A DNA stretch of 64,000 nt, taken from Mytilus californianus. Its lineage: Eukaryota. This document shows, one piece after another, positions 39,281-52,620 of the stretch (its first letter is position 1; every line of letters starts with the position of its first letter). Position numbers and translations under genes: made by a program. The stretch covers positions 32,054,001-32,118,000 of the forward strand of contig NW_026262723.1 of assembly GCF_021869535.1 (NCBI RefSeq), written 5' to 3'. The notes beneath the pieces were generated by a model. The model had not been told where the DNA came from. It saw only the letters and a program-made list of their open reading frames with translations, and did not search any database.

Positions 39281-39930
39281 AAAAAAGTTCATCGGAAGAT
39301 ACCAAGACCTTGTTGATAAACATATATGAATAGTATCAACTTCACAAATAATACGATGTTTTTGAAGATTCTAGGCACTGACGTTGTTTATCATCTTATC
39401 AATAATAACGTGTTATAGTATTCTTGTATTTGTCTTTGTAAATCAGTACTTATACTTTTTAGTCAATTTTTGGTAATATCCATTTGACGTGACTCGGTTT
39501 ATACATCCCGTCAATGTGTTATTGTGCTATGGTAAATTTGTGTATTCTTGTCTATCGTTTTTGTTAATGTGCTTTGTCAATATGCCTTTTAGTTTTTTTC
39601 TAGTTTTTCTTTGTTGACATATTTGTTTGTTTTTATAGTAATTAAGATTATAACACATTTTTACCTATTATGTCTGTTTGTTTTGTTCACACATCGTTGT
39701 CAATTTATAAAGGAATTGTATGCGACTGTCATACAAGTGAGAGGTTTAACTAGCAATAGAACCAGGTGTAATCCAAGGTTTTCTACATAAGAAATGCCTG
39801 TATTGAGTGAAGAATATGATAGTTGTTATTCGTTCGTTTGATTTGTTTGAGCTTTTGATTTTGCCATTTCCTTAGGGCCTTCCGTTTAGAATTTTCCTCG
39901 GGGTTCCGTATTTTTGCTATTTTATTTTTT
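39281..39930 (+). mobile_element. 5'-truncated Penelope-like copy (C-terminus and 3' tail); duplicate at about 48191-48841
   Basis: KKFIGRYQDLVDK...STSQII and a tail ending aattttcctcgg.gttc.gtattttt match 31665-32500 in reverse complement. Confidence 0.8.
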
Positions 39931-42900
39931 GGTACATCGCAGGGGTCTAAGCGACACGTACATAAAAGTCATAAACTAATTTTTTGAATATTTAATTACT
40001 AATGGGTGTCTTAGGAGGTCCACAAAGGTTTTATTCGAAATGTTCGGGGCATGACTAGTACGGTGGGGTGTCAGATCTTTTATTTTTTCAATTAATAATT
40101 ATGACTAGATTTTGGTTTTCTGCCAATCTAATTTTCTGTAATTTTACATCTATATGTTTTGAACTACATTTGCATGTGTACAATTACATTATATCAAGGC
40201 TCTTGTATAGCCCGATCCAAACAATTTTTCTGTTCTGTGCTTTATACTGATAAATATGTCGGGTTAACATGTACCACCAGTGTTACTTCCAGGCACATTG
40301 ATGAAGCAACCAGATAACAGCATCACAGTACCTGCATCTTCATAAATGTGGAACATGTTAAATTTTGTAACATCAGCCCAGGCATAATGCAGTTGATACT
40401 AAATACTAAAATTACTTTATTCGTTGCATAAAACGCACTTAAATGCATATGTCTTTCTTCTCGTCAAATGACAGTTTACTAGTTATCGTCCTGTACCATA
40501 ATTCTCTGAGGTGCATGTAGGTCACCCTGTTATTGATCTGTACCATAGTTATCTGAGGTGCCTGTAGTTCACCCTGTTGTTGACCTGTACCATAATTATC
40601 TCAGGTGCCTGTAGGTCTTCCTGTTTTTGATCTGTACCATAATTATCTCAGGTGCCTGTAGGTCACCATGCTATTGATCTGTACCATAATTATCCGAGGT
40701 GCTTGTAGGTCACCCTGCTATTGATCTGTACCATAATTATTCTATTTTCTTATCGTTATTCATACGTATCTTTATATATGTAATAAACGCCCTTTCGCAA
40801 TAAAACAAAAATGATAAAAATATTTTTCATCTTAAATCACTGAATCATCAGTAAACATGTGTTACATAACTGCACCATTCATGCGTTTATGCTGAACATT
40901 CCATCTTTACCAACGTGTTATTTACGAAATCTTCCTTTGAGTGTTCGGTTGTGTGATCAGATTTCTCCAGTTGTGGTCGTTTTTACAATGTAAGTACAGT
41001 TAAACTTTTACATATTATATTGTTCTAAGTTACTAACTTTTATAGAACCTATCATCATTGCCTTCTACCTTGTACAGACGACGATTCGTTGAACTGTTTT
41101 GCTATCTTTAAACATTCTGGCAGTTTTTCCCGTCCTGAAATCATATTTGCATAACAAATAATTAAACATAACATTAGAACAATGTGGTGCTACGTGCATC
41201 TTACTAGCCTTGTGCCGTCTAAGTATTTTATTTTTAGATTCTACTATTAATTTCGACTTTTCCCAAAATGTTGTTGGTTTGCAATTGTCATATCTTTTAA
41301 TTTGTCAAAATCATATACCATCCCTTACTTATGTCTGTTTTCATGACTTTTATGCAGTCTTTTTTGCATGATATTTTAATGCATACTGCAGTATTTTCCC
41401 TATATGAAAATTAATAAAAGATAATAACGGTTTCAATGTTATCACATTTATTTGTATTAATAGTGTAGACTTGCTTACTTTTCTCACCGTAATTTCTTTT
41501 CTGTATATCTTTTATACAGCTTCAGCATTCCTTTACTTCATCATGTTCAAATTTTGGCTTATTAACTTTATTGGATTCACTTTACATATTACTTACATTT
41601 ATTGCTTTATGTTCACTATATTACAAGTAGTATCAAATCAACAAGTAAATGTGTATGTTTTCCTTAGGTCTACATTTAACATATGTAAGGCCTTCATTTC
41701 TTCAAATGGTGTTGTCTAGAAATAAGATTAGACTGTTTTTCATATTACGTCAATTTACCTTAAACTTCTTTATTCTTTATAATTTGTGATGACAAATTAT
41801 TAGTATAAACGATTGTATATTTTTTTTATAATGTTTCTATTATTTAATTATTTTCATTCCAAAATCTTATATAACTTCAGCCTAAATGCAATAATACTGA
41901 TAATTAAATGAATTTAAGATTGTACCGTTATTATTTTATTCTTCTAAAAAAGACCTGAAATATTTAATTGGTCAAAATTTCAGTCTGTTGTTCATATTTT
42001 CAGTGCTATCGATTCAGTAGTTTTCACACATCTAAAGACCTTGATATCCAAGTTGTGAGTAGTTCCTATACTGTATGACTGAGATTGTGAGTTCGAACCT
42101 TGCACGAAGCATCTGGGTTCGTCTTCAATCTTGAGTTCGAAAAAAGATTGTCAGTTTTCTAGCAAGAAATATGTGTTCTCTCCGGGCAATCCAGCTTCCT
42201 CCACCAACACAATCTGGGGGCAAGGATATAGCCAAGAGTGCTGAAAGTGGCACTAAAAGTCAACAATCATTCAATCAATTAAAAACTCGAATTGTATAGT
42301 TAAAAAAAATAAATAAACAAGATGTATAAATGATATATAAGCATTATAAAATAGATATGGACTTGCTTTGCTGAGCACAACAAGAACATAAATATTGCGT
42401 TTAAGTTCCTGTTTTTTGTAGTCTGTGACAAAATAATCTCACATACGTGCAGTTACATATATGCATTTAACATTAACTATAGAAGTAAGAGTATTTCACA
42501 TTCTATAAGCCTATTCACATACATTCATATGTAACAGTAGCTATTGCAGTACGAGTATTTCACAATCTTTTCTGTTTGCTTTGTATTGTTTGCTTTGTGT
42601 ATAAAATGCCTTGATTTTGTATTTGTTTTTGTTTTGTTTGTATTTTTGTTGTTGTTGTGTTTGTTTTTGAGAGGAATGGGTGGTAACATTAAGCCCCACA
42701 GGAAATATTATGTTTTCTTGAGATGTTGAAAATAAGTTTATTCTTTTAAACTCTTCTTAAGTAGTGTTTTTCATGTTATGTAGCTTTGTTTTATTTTGAT
42801 TTCTTCTTGAATAAATCTGAAAATAAGTGGATTTTTTGTCTTTCTGAAGATCTTGATAATAGTAAGAAGATTGACTAAAAAATTAAACAATTAAAACCCG

Positions 42901-42936
42901 GGTCCATAATGTGTCAGTCCTAGGCCATAAAGTACA

Positions 42937-43140
42937 GGCCACCGTTTCACAAAGCCTTCTTAACTTACGATCACTGTATCATTTAACGATCCGTTCACGT
43001 GTGGTTCTACGTTCCCGTTACGTGTGTTTCACAAAGGCATCGTAAAGGACTACTAAGTTGATCGCAAGTTACGCACTGTGTATCATCGTATGTGTATCGT
43101 AAAACGGAACTCTAGCTGTAAACAGGAGGTGTGAATCGTA
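42937..43140 (+). mobile_element. Possible PIF/Harbinger-like terminus
   Basis: ggccaccgtttcacaaag with gtttcacaaag repeated subterminally. The opposite end was not found. Confidence 0.3.
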
Positions 43141-46100
43141 GTTTATTTACATCGGAATATGACACACTCTTCTTTCACAGACCGACGAGTCGAGCATGCC
43201 GATGAGAGCAGATGTGAAAATGTTTGCAGAGAGAATCCTTCAACATCATTGAAATTATTTTGCCAAATTGGTTTCATGGATAAATATTGTTATCCTTACA
43301 TCTTATATTTTATGTTTTGAATTATATTTTTTTGTTGAGGAAAGTTTCTGCAGATATTTTCAGGTTTGTTTGATACATGTGGTCAGATGAAATCCATTAG
43401 TAGTTTCCATGTGGGAAACTATCAGACCAATCTATTTGATGTCTGAGGGTTTTAGCTGTTGTTCCCCTGATGGATCGGTAGTTTTCTTTCCGATATGCTT
43501 TATTGTAGGATTTTCGGCTTTCCTCTACCAGAAATACAGCTGGGCATTTAGCGGTATCGGTTTGGAATCCAAGTATGTCCTTTCAGATTTTTCGTTCGTT
43601 GCTTTGGCATTTGTGCGGCATCCGGGGTGACCTTATCCTTTATTTTGTACATAATTGTTTTTATATTTTAAATATTTATATTTGTGAGGACGAGCGAACC
43701 AGGTGAGTGGATGTGTTCGTATGTTTTTCATTTGTAGACGAAACACAAGCCTTGTATCTTTGATGGGTTACCTTCATTGATATTCAATAATATTTTTGTT
43801 TTTTGTATCGGAAATTTGGAATAAAAGGAGAGTGACGAGACGTGGTTATTTCTGATCAAAGAATTAAACGAACTTTTTAACAATTATTTGATAATGTCTA
43901 AAGTTATTGTAGTACTGCAATTTTAGAGGAGATATGATTGATTGACTGCTGTTTTCTGAACGTACAGTGGCAAATATTTCATGCAGATTTATGACCAAGA
44001 GAAGAATTTATAAACAAGAAATAAGAAGCTGCATGCGTTGTCGTTGAAAAAGAATTAAAAGAAAGTCCAATAGAAATAAACAAAACCAGTGTATATAATG
44101 TGCGAATCCTGAAATACCATTTTCACTGTATCCTTTATGAATTTCTAATGTAGAATGATAAATAAACAGACGACAAATTCATGATTTTTGAATAGAATAA
44201 GAAATAAGATATAATGTGGACGGTTTTTATAAATTCATGATATAGGTATGAGATGCGGACGGGTTTTCATCGCGTCTACAGCGATCCAGGTGTAAAATTG
44301 ATACACAAATAGATAAATGTTAAGAATATTTCACGAACAGAGCGTGCAAGAGATTTAAATGCAGCAATTTAGTTTCATTTGCAGAAAAATGTACCTTTTA
44401 ACATAATTATTAATGTTGTATAACTTAAAACAGGTTTTGTTATTCAGCTTGTTGATATTGAATTAAATTCCACTATGCTGTTTTCGTTATGCGATTCATG
44501 TTTACTGTCGAAAAATGATACTAGACTTTCATGTTCACTGTAGAGGCGATTCATTTCTTTTGTACATGCGATGCATTTTCACGGAAGGAAATTAATTAAT
44601 TTTCATCATATAACGTCTTTATTCAGCCGACTCTCTAACAAAATTTATGAAGTCAGAAGGATTGATTATATGTGACCCGCCACGATATTTCCAGGCTTAT
44701 GGAGGTAGAACATCATTGTGAGAAAAACGCCGTTAACTATATGTGACTAGCCACTTCCAGGCTTATGAGGGTACATTGTCTAAACTTTGCTTTTTGTATA
44801 TTTATCTAGAACATTCTGAAGCAAAAAAAAAAAAACTCTCTGTCATGTTATTATGACCTATTTTTTTGTAATAACTATGAAACGAGTCATTTCGAATACC
44901 GACATGATAATGAGACTGTTCGATGACGAATTTTTCATTATCGAAGACACTAATTTATAAAATACAAAATTATTGTATTCTATTGGCGCTTAGTAATCTT
45001 CAACAGCGTATTTGAATAAAAATTTCAAATGAAATAAATTTACAACATTACAAATAGTTCTTAGCTCTACTTTAGAAAATGTAATTTAAACTTGTTAAAA
45101 TGAAATAAGTATAAAATTTGTCAAAGAAAGCTTTTAGAATTTCTTCTTTTTTTTTAATTTGTCTTTTAACTTAGATTTATGATGCATGTCTCTATACATA
45201 GTATGCGACGCGTAGCAGTTTATAAGTAGTTGTTCTCATATATGCATTTGATACAGTGCATTTATTATGGATATATTTTAGACTCCATTAATGAAAATCT
45301 ATAGATCAGAGAATTTTGATTTTTTGTATCAATTTAAAATGTAGATTTAAATATTTATGTGTCGTTGATTCAGACAAAAAGATCTTATCATGTCAAAATC
45401 ATGATGCAACAGGAAATTTTCATATGCACGGTCTGAACACAAGAATTAACAGAATAAGCATATTTCTTACTGAATAGAGAAAAATGGCCAAAAGAATTAC
45501 AGAATGCAGAAATGTAAAACCCACCCACCCCCCTTTTTCCCCCCTAATCAATATCCTCATGTATCATTGTGACGGATAGTTTTGTTTGTTCTATTTAACT
45601 GTTTTTATTTTCGAAAAGAATATTTGTACAAGGTGTTGTTAATGAATGTAACGGACAATATATACCATGCCATCTCAGCCGACTCGTAATTTCATTTTTA
45701 ATGAAAGAAAGTATTTAAAAGCTTCTCTCCCTGTGCAATATGATTTATTAAACTCATTAGGCAGAGCAATGTTTATGACTACTTGCATAATTGTTTAATC
45801 GTATTAAATTCTGTATCAAATTTATATTAATAATAAAAGTTTTAGATTTTTAATATTGAAAACGTGTTAAAATTATTTACTTGCATTAATATTGATATAA
45901 AAACATCCAGTTCGTTTTTTTGCGTTTTTTTTTTTGTAGATCTAAGAAAAAAAGCAACTCTGTTACACTAAAACGATTGACTAATTAAAATTGTCACATA
46001 GTGTCTTCTTATGTCGTCTGAATTACAATGTAAGTTATTGATCAGTAATTTATATCTTCGCCAACCGTAATTATTATCTACAATGTTTATTTGGCATGCC

Positions 46101-49100
46101 ATACTCGATAGAAGTGCGGACGCACGAGGATAAAAGCTTATGTGAAGGGTTACTGCCAGTTACCCAGCGTCAAAACCGTTGCATACGGTGTATACGCAAG
46201 TTAATGTAGTCCGAACCAAAAAGATAGATCTAAATATCTAAAGGAAACATGATTGAGCATGTATGTGCGATAATATAATTTGCAATAAATTCATTGCATT
46301 GAAGTGCAAGGTTTCTAGATTATCAATAGAATAGCCTGTGATTTACAAGTTATATTAATTCCGGCAAAAAAATGAGATTAAAATCGGCGATGTTATTATA
46401 TGCCAACTGACTTAGTTGGTGCTTAACATCATAAGGTCTGTCAGTCTCTATAATATGCATTTTTGTCCTTTAATTTTAACTTTAGGTTTCAGATATTCCG
46501 TTTTTATCTTTTGATTATCCCTTTTTACTACTTTGAAAATTACTGTTCATTGAAAATATTTATAATACTACTTAAAGTAATAGCAGACAAAATGATAGGT
46601 GACTGCAGATCACATTTACATAGCACCAACTTTTAAAATGCTGTAGGTTTGTTCATGTAGGGTGTCATGGATTTGCAATTATTTATATGAGGGACAAGGA
46701 GGAAATTGAAAGGCAAAACATGAAGCATTGTTTTCGAAAGTATCTTATGAATAAGACTTGTTTTACGATGGTTAAAGGACATGTCATAATAATATATGTA
46801 TTCGAAAGGGTCTCAAGTCATGATATTCATAACTTTTATCATGCACTTAAGACACCTCGTGACATGACTTATGATGGTCTTATGATTGTCATAAATGTTA
46901 CGACATCACACATTTTTTTTTATTTGCTCGTGCAACATGCAGATCCAGGATTTCGAACAAAAAGGGGCCCAAACTAGGCATCGTTTGGTGTGGTATATGC
47001 TTAAAGTCTATACATAATGTATATATATATATGTATATATATATGTAGCTCCATAGGGGGTGAGGCCCTGCCCTCTCCGGCAAAATCCGTCTCTGCATGC
47101 AGCCTTTCTTACTCTCTATTTGGCACTGTTTGTTCTGTCGTTTAATCTGCTAAATAGTAAAGATTTTTTTCTTCTCCACTTCGTCATTTAAAATCCGAAT
47201 TTCCTGCGACGTACAATTTGGAATCTTTTTCTTTGTAATGATTAATTTTAATAAATATTTATAATATTTCTTTCTTTATATAGTAGTTTATTAACGTATT
47301 TGCACGCGCATTTCTTTTAGAGGGTACTCTATGTACCAAATCTTAAAAGTATTCCTAATAATATAACACTTCATTATAATAAAACATGAACGCGAGGTTC
47401 TAACCAAATTTAAACAAATTCTCAACTCAGATTTTAACCTCTCTTCATATATAATTTCATGTTCATCGTGTTCATTATACTGAAAAAATATGAAATATTC
47501 GTATAAGATAAGAATAGTAATAGTTATTATTTTCATAGTTACATATTTTCACTTTCGACTGTCATTAGAGCATTCAGGTATGACTATCTTATGACAGATA
47601 TGATTTACATTCTATGACATATCATATGATAGTCATGAGATGGTAATAAAATTTGCCTTTAGATGAATCGAAAACCAGCCCTTGGACTTTTAAAGAATCA
47701 ACAAAATCAAATGTGTACTTATTTATTTCGTGTAAATAGGTATTTATTTACTGTACAGCAACCGAATTTAGCATCCAGAAAAAATCTACAGGGGCATATT
47801 TAGGAAGTTAACTGAATCAACAGGTGAACGTCGTCTTAGTTCAAATGTTGTGTTAGTGGAGTATATGTTCCATTTCCTTCCTTGAGTGTTGCAGTGTTTT
47901 TTTTTTTCATTTTTGTGGTAATTCACGATGTCAAAGAGTGATGTTGTGTTAACGAATAAAGGACTTTTAGATTTAATTAAATATTATTTCTTACCGTTTT
48001 ATTCCACATAGAAGATCGTTTTATAACCTGCAGTAGTTTCATTTAAAAGGAGGACTTGTATGTGTTGACGTGTGGAATTCATTGGCATTCATATTCTTCC
48101 AGGTAGATGATTAGTCATGCCAAGAAATTTCTTTCGTTGCAATGTTGAAAACATTGCTTAGGGCAAATTACACAGATCTCGCCTTTTTTCTAAAAAAAAA
48201 TTCATCGGAAGATACCAAGACCTTGTTGATAAACATATATGAATAGTATCAACTTCACAAATAATACGATGTTATGAAGATTCTAGGCACTGACGTTGTT
48301 TATCATCTTATCAATAATAACGTGTTATAGTATTCTTGTATTTGTCTTTGTAAATTAGTACTTTCACATTTTAGTCAATTTTTGGTAATATCCATTTGAC
48401 GTGACTCGGTTTATACATCCCGTCAATGTGTTATTGTGCTATGGTAAATTTGTGTATTCTTGTCTATCGTTTTTGTTAATGTGCTTTGTCAATATGCCTT
48501 TGTGTTTTTCTTTGTTTTTCTTTGTTGACATATTTGTTTGTTTTTATAGTAATTAAGATTGTAACACATTTTTACCTATTATGTATGTTTGTTTTGTTCA
48601 CACATCGTTGTCAATTTATAAAGGAATTGTATGCGACTGTCATACAAGTGAGACGTTTCGCTAGCAATAGAACCAGGTGTAATCCAAGGTTTTCTACATA
48701 AGGAATGCCTGTATTGAGTGAGTAATATGATAGTTGTTATTCGTTTGTTTGATGTGTTTGAGCTTTTGATTTTGCCATTTCCTGAGGGCCTTCCGTTTAG
48801 AATTTTCCTCGGAGTTCCGTATTTTTGCTATTTTATTTTTTGGTACATGGCAGGGGTCTAAGCGACACGTACATTAAAGTCATAAACTAATTTGTTGAAT
48901 ATTTAATTACTAATGGGTGTCTTAGGAGGTCCACCAAGGTTTTGATCGAAATGTTCGGGGCATGACTAGTACGGTGGGGTGTCAGATCTTTTATTTTTTC
49001 AACTAATAATTATAACTAGATTTTGGTTTTCTGCCAATCTAATGTTCTGTAATTTTACATCTATATGTTTTGAACTACATTTGCATGTGTACAATTACAT

Positions 49101-49401
49101 TATATCAAGGCTCTTGTATAGCCCGATCCAAACAACTTTTCTGTTCTGTGCTTTATACTGATAAATATGTCGGGTTAACATGTACCACCAGTGTTACTTC
49201 CAGGCACATTGATGAAGCAACCAGATAACAGCATCACAGTACCTGCATCTTCATAAATGTGGAACATGTTAAATTTTGTAACATCAGCCCAGGCATAATG
49301 CAGTTGACACTCAATACTAAAATTACTTTATTCGTTGCATAAAACGCACTAAAATGCAGATGTCTTTCTTCTCGTCAAATGACAGTTTACTGGTTATCGT
49401 C

Positions 49402-50200
49402 CTGTACCATAATTCTCTGAGGTGCATGTAGGTCACCCTGGTATTGATCTGTACCATAGTTATCTGAGTTGCCTGTATTTCACCCTGTTGTTGACCTGTA
49501 CCATAATCATCTGAGTTGCCTGTAGGTCACCCTGCTATTGATCTGTACCATAATTATCTGAGTTGCCTGTAGGTCACCCTGCTATTGATCTGTACCATAG
49601 TTATCTGAGGTGCTTGTAGTTCACCCTGTTGTTGACCTGTACCATAATTATCTCAGGTGCCTCTAGGTCATCCTGTTTTTGATCTGTGCCATAATTATCT
49701 CAAGTGCCTGTAGGTTACCATGCTATTGATCTGTACCAGAATTATCCGAGGTGCTTGTAGGTCACCCTGCTATTGATCTGTACCATAATTATCTGAGTTG
49801 CCTGTAGGTCACCCTGCTATTGATCTGTGCCATAATTATCTCAGGTGCCTGTAGGTCACCATGCTATTGATCTGTACCAGAATTATCCGAGGTGCTTGTA
49901 GGTCACCCTGCTATTGAAATGTACCATAATTATCTGAGTTGCCTGTACATATCCTATAATAGGTGCCTGTAGGTCACCCTTCTATTTTACATATTCTATC
50001 ATATGTGCCTGTCGTTCACCATTGTATTTATCCATATCATATTATAGGGGCTTGCAAGTCACCCTGCTATTTAACTTATCCTTTTTAGGTGCCTGTAGGT
50101 CACCATGTTATTTTCCCTATCATATTATAGGTGTCTGTAGGTCACTATGTTTCTTTTTCCTATCATAGGTGCATGTAAGTCACCATGCTATTTATCCATA
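49402..50200 (+). repeat. About 47-bp satellite, left arm (ctgtaccataattatctgagttgcctgtaggtcaccctgctattgat)
   Basis: Direct reading. A short truncated copy lies at about 40490-40740. Confidence 0.92.
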
Positions 50201-50343
50201 CAGTATTATAGGATTCAACCTTGATGCACCTATGATACAGATCTATATGGTGATTGTATCTGCAGGCTGTTATAATCCGCCAAAAATAGATAAATATCAG
50301 TGTGACCTTCAGGCACATATGATAGGCTATGTTACATAAATGG

Positions 50344-52620
50344 GTTTATTTACAACCACTGGGTCGATGCCACGGCTGGTGGTTTTTATTCCCGAGGTTA
50401 TCACTAGCCCGGTAGTCAGCACTTTTGTGTTGACATGAATTATCATTGATTATAAATTAACTGTTTACAAAACTTTACAGTTTTGAAATACTAAGTTAGC
50501 AGGGGTTTAAATTATTGGTGGTCCGAGGTCCGTGACCTTTCACTGTTGCAATCGGACTTTCGTTTTGGTTTCTAGCTACGCCCGACGGACCTTCGATTTT
50601 AAAGGAAATAAAATGATCTTTGCTGACCTTTTTAACCATCTGTATCGTCATTTTTAAGCCATATTATTATTAAAATTGAGGGAAAAAAATGTTTCATCAT
50701 CGACCTTGCCGACAAGTGATAAAAGTTATTTTTAACCTTGTATTTCTTGGAAACACCAGGTTATAAATAGTTGCGAGAAGTCACGTGACAAATCATTTAA
50801 TCAGTTAGACATTTTCGAACAAAATGAGTCCGTTTCACTTTGGTGTCACGTCTTTCAAGAGAAAGCCTGAAGATCATGGATGGTCTTTAACCACAGGCAC
50901 TTGTTTCTATCCATGGGAAGGTCGACTATCCATAAATATAGAAGGATATTCAACCTTCCCTTGGATAGAAACAAGTGTCTGTGTTTTCATGATCAACGTC
51001 TTTAAAAGAAATCAAATGAAGATCTCACTAAAGACCAAAAATGCGATCGTGAAAAACGGGAACGGACATTTAAGTCCCACTGGAAAATCGATCGAACCGT
51101 GGCTATTATAAGTTATCTACGTTCATATTAGTAGGTATGGATATTTTAACACCCTTCAGTACCATGTACACCCTTCGGCTTCTGTAGATAACGAATCTAT
51201 CCCCGGTCTTAGTCCAAATCTTGCGATTTTTAGAGAAATTCAACCACAAAATGTTACGTAAAAGCAACGTTTTTTTTCATTTTTTAAAAATCTTTTATTG
51301 AAATTTGGGAATTTGACATATTTTTAACTGGGTGTAGGGTACTACCTTTGGTAGAACCCTACAGGTAGTCAAATACAAGACGTTTTTAATCCATAGACAG
51401 AGAAACGGGAATGGGTCGAATTTGGCGCTCAATGTTGTGAGAGTTACTTCATAGACGGTGTGACGTCAACGTGGGTCATTTGCATAGCTAGGTCAGTAGT
51501 CCCATTCATTGACAATGTGGCAGCCAAGTGATGCATTTACTGAAATGAGTGCAAATGTTCGACATAATAAGATAAAATCGTTAGTTGATTAAATATTTAA
51601 TTACAGACATCATGGATAATCTACAGAATTCGATATTTCACAAGGAACAACCAAGGAACTAAGGAAAACGCGCGTGATGTTCCCCGTTGTAATGTGTAGC
51701 AACGTCTGTGTATATGGGTTAGCAACACCCAGGGGCTATGGGTTTTGTAACGACGTGCGTTATTCAATCAAAATCCTAGAAATATACTAAGCCGGGGATA
51801 AATTTTGATGAATCAACTGGTCTAATGTCATGCACATACTGCCAGAAGTTCCCCACCCATTCAGAAAAAGAAAGTAAGGGGAACACAAAATCTTAAAATA
51901 GACCGAATAAAAATATACAAGTGACACTTCAGCATTTATCTTATCCATGAAAGTGACCCAAATTTTAAGTCTAAACATTAATTGTCAGACACTAAACTTG
52001 GCCAATGTATTCTCAAGCAGCAATGTAAGCCTGATCAGTTAAATAGATATAAGGTTCTTTTCAACACTGCATACAGTATTGCAAAAATGGGAAACCCTTC
52101 AGTGACTATGAATTTATTCTTGAAATCCAGTGTAAAAATGGTGTTGACGTGTAAGCAGTATTTCAATATTGAAGGTTGTAAACTGTTTATTCGCTGAATA
52201 ACCCATTATATGAGAAATGAAACATCACATGAAGTTCAAATATGATGAAACAATCTAACCTTACTCCAAAAGCACATTAATTTTGTTTCTTATTGAATTA
52301 TGAAATATTTCATGTAAAAGTAGGACCTGGGATTTAGGTTGTGGACCTTTCAGTTTGGAGTGTCAAAGGTCCTGGACCTTCCAGTACAAAATGTTAATTT
52401 GAACCCCTGACTAAGGCTTGTTTACCTCAGGAATAGATTACCTTAGCTGTATTTGGCTAAACCTTTTGGTATTTTTGGTCCTCAACGCTCTTCAACTTCT
52501 TACTTTATTTGGCCTTTTTAACTTTTTTGATCCGAACGTCATTGATAAGTCTTTTGTAGACGAAACGCGCGTCTGGCGCAAAATGCAAAATTTCAATCCT
52601 GGTATTTATGATGAGTTTAT
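50344..52620 (+). mobile_element. Retrozyme monomer (50344-50499 plus 52410-52620) split by a hAT element; hammerhead at 52537-52579 mutated
   Basis: Reverse complement of the 25322-25918 family. Core reads TTGATAA-GTC..GAC-GAAA-CGCGCG-TC. Confidence 0.8.
50500..52409 (+). mobile_element. hAT-like deletion derivative with ZNF862-type transposase remnant at about 51790-52200
   Basis: TIRs CAGGGGTTTAAATTA / TAATTTGAACCCCTG. Remnant reads FDESTGLMSCTYCQKFP, LFNTAYSIAK, then shifted PFSDYEFILEIQCKNG, YFNIEGCKLFI. The TSD is not clean (actaag on both sides). Confidence 0.75.

Larger units (their letters stand above)
37427..40740 (+). repeat. Copy 1 of a 3.3-kb direct duplication (partner about 46122-49900)
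   Basis: Collinear near-identical sequence (roughly 90 percent by eye). Copy 1 lacks about 46345-46570 and is truncated in the 47-bp array. Confidence 0.92.

Noticed and set aside
37786-40250. ORFs conserved in two copies (37786/46687, 38387/47291, 40068/48979)
   Set aside because: Similarity follows from the DNA duplication. Indels shift frames between copies and no domain is recognisable.
40805-40855. Hammerhead-like CTGATGA...GAAA on the minus strand
   Set aside because: No stem I pairing and no repeat context.
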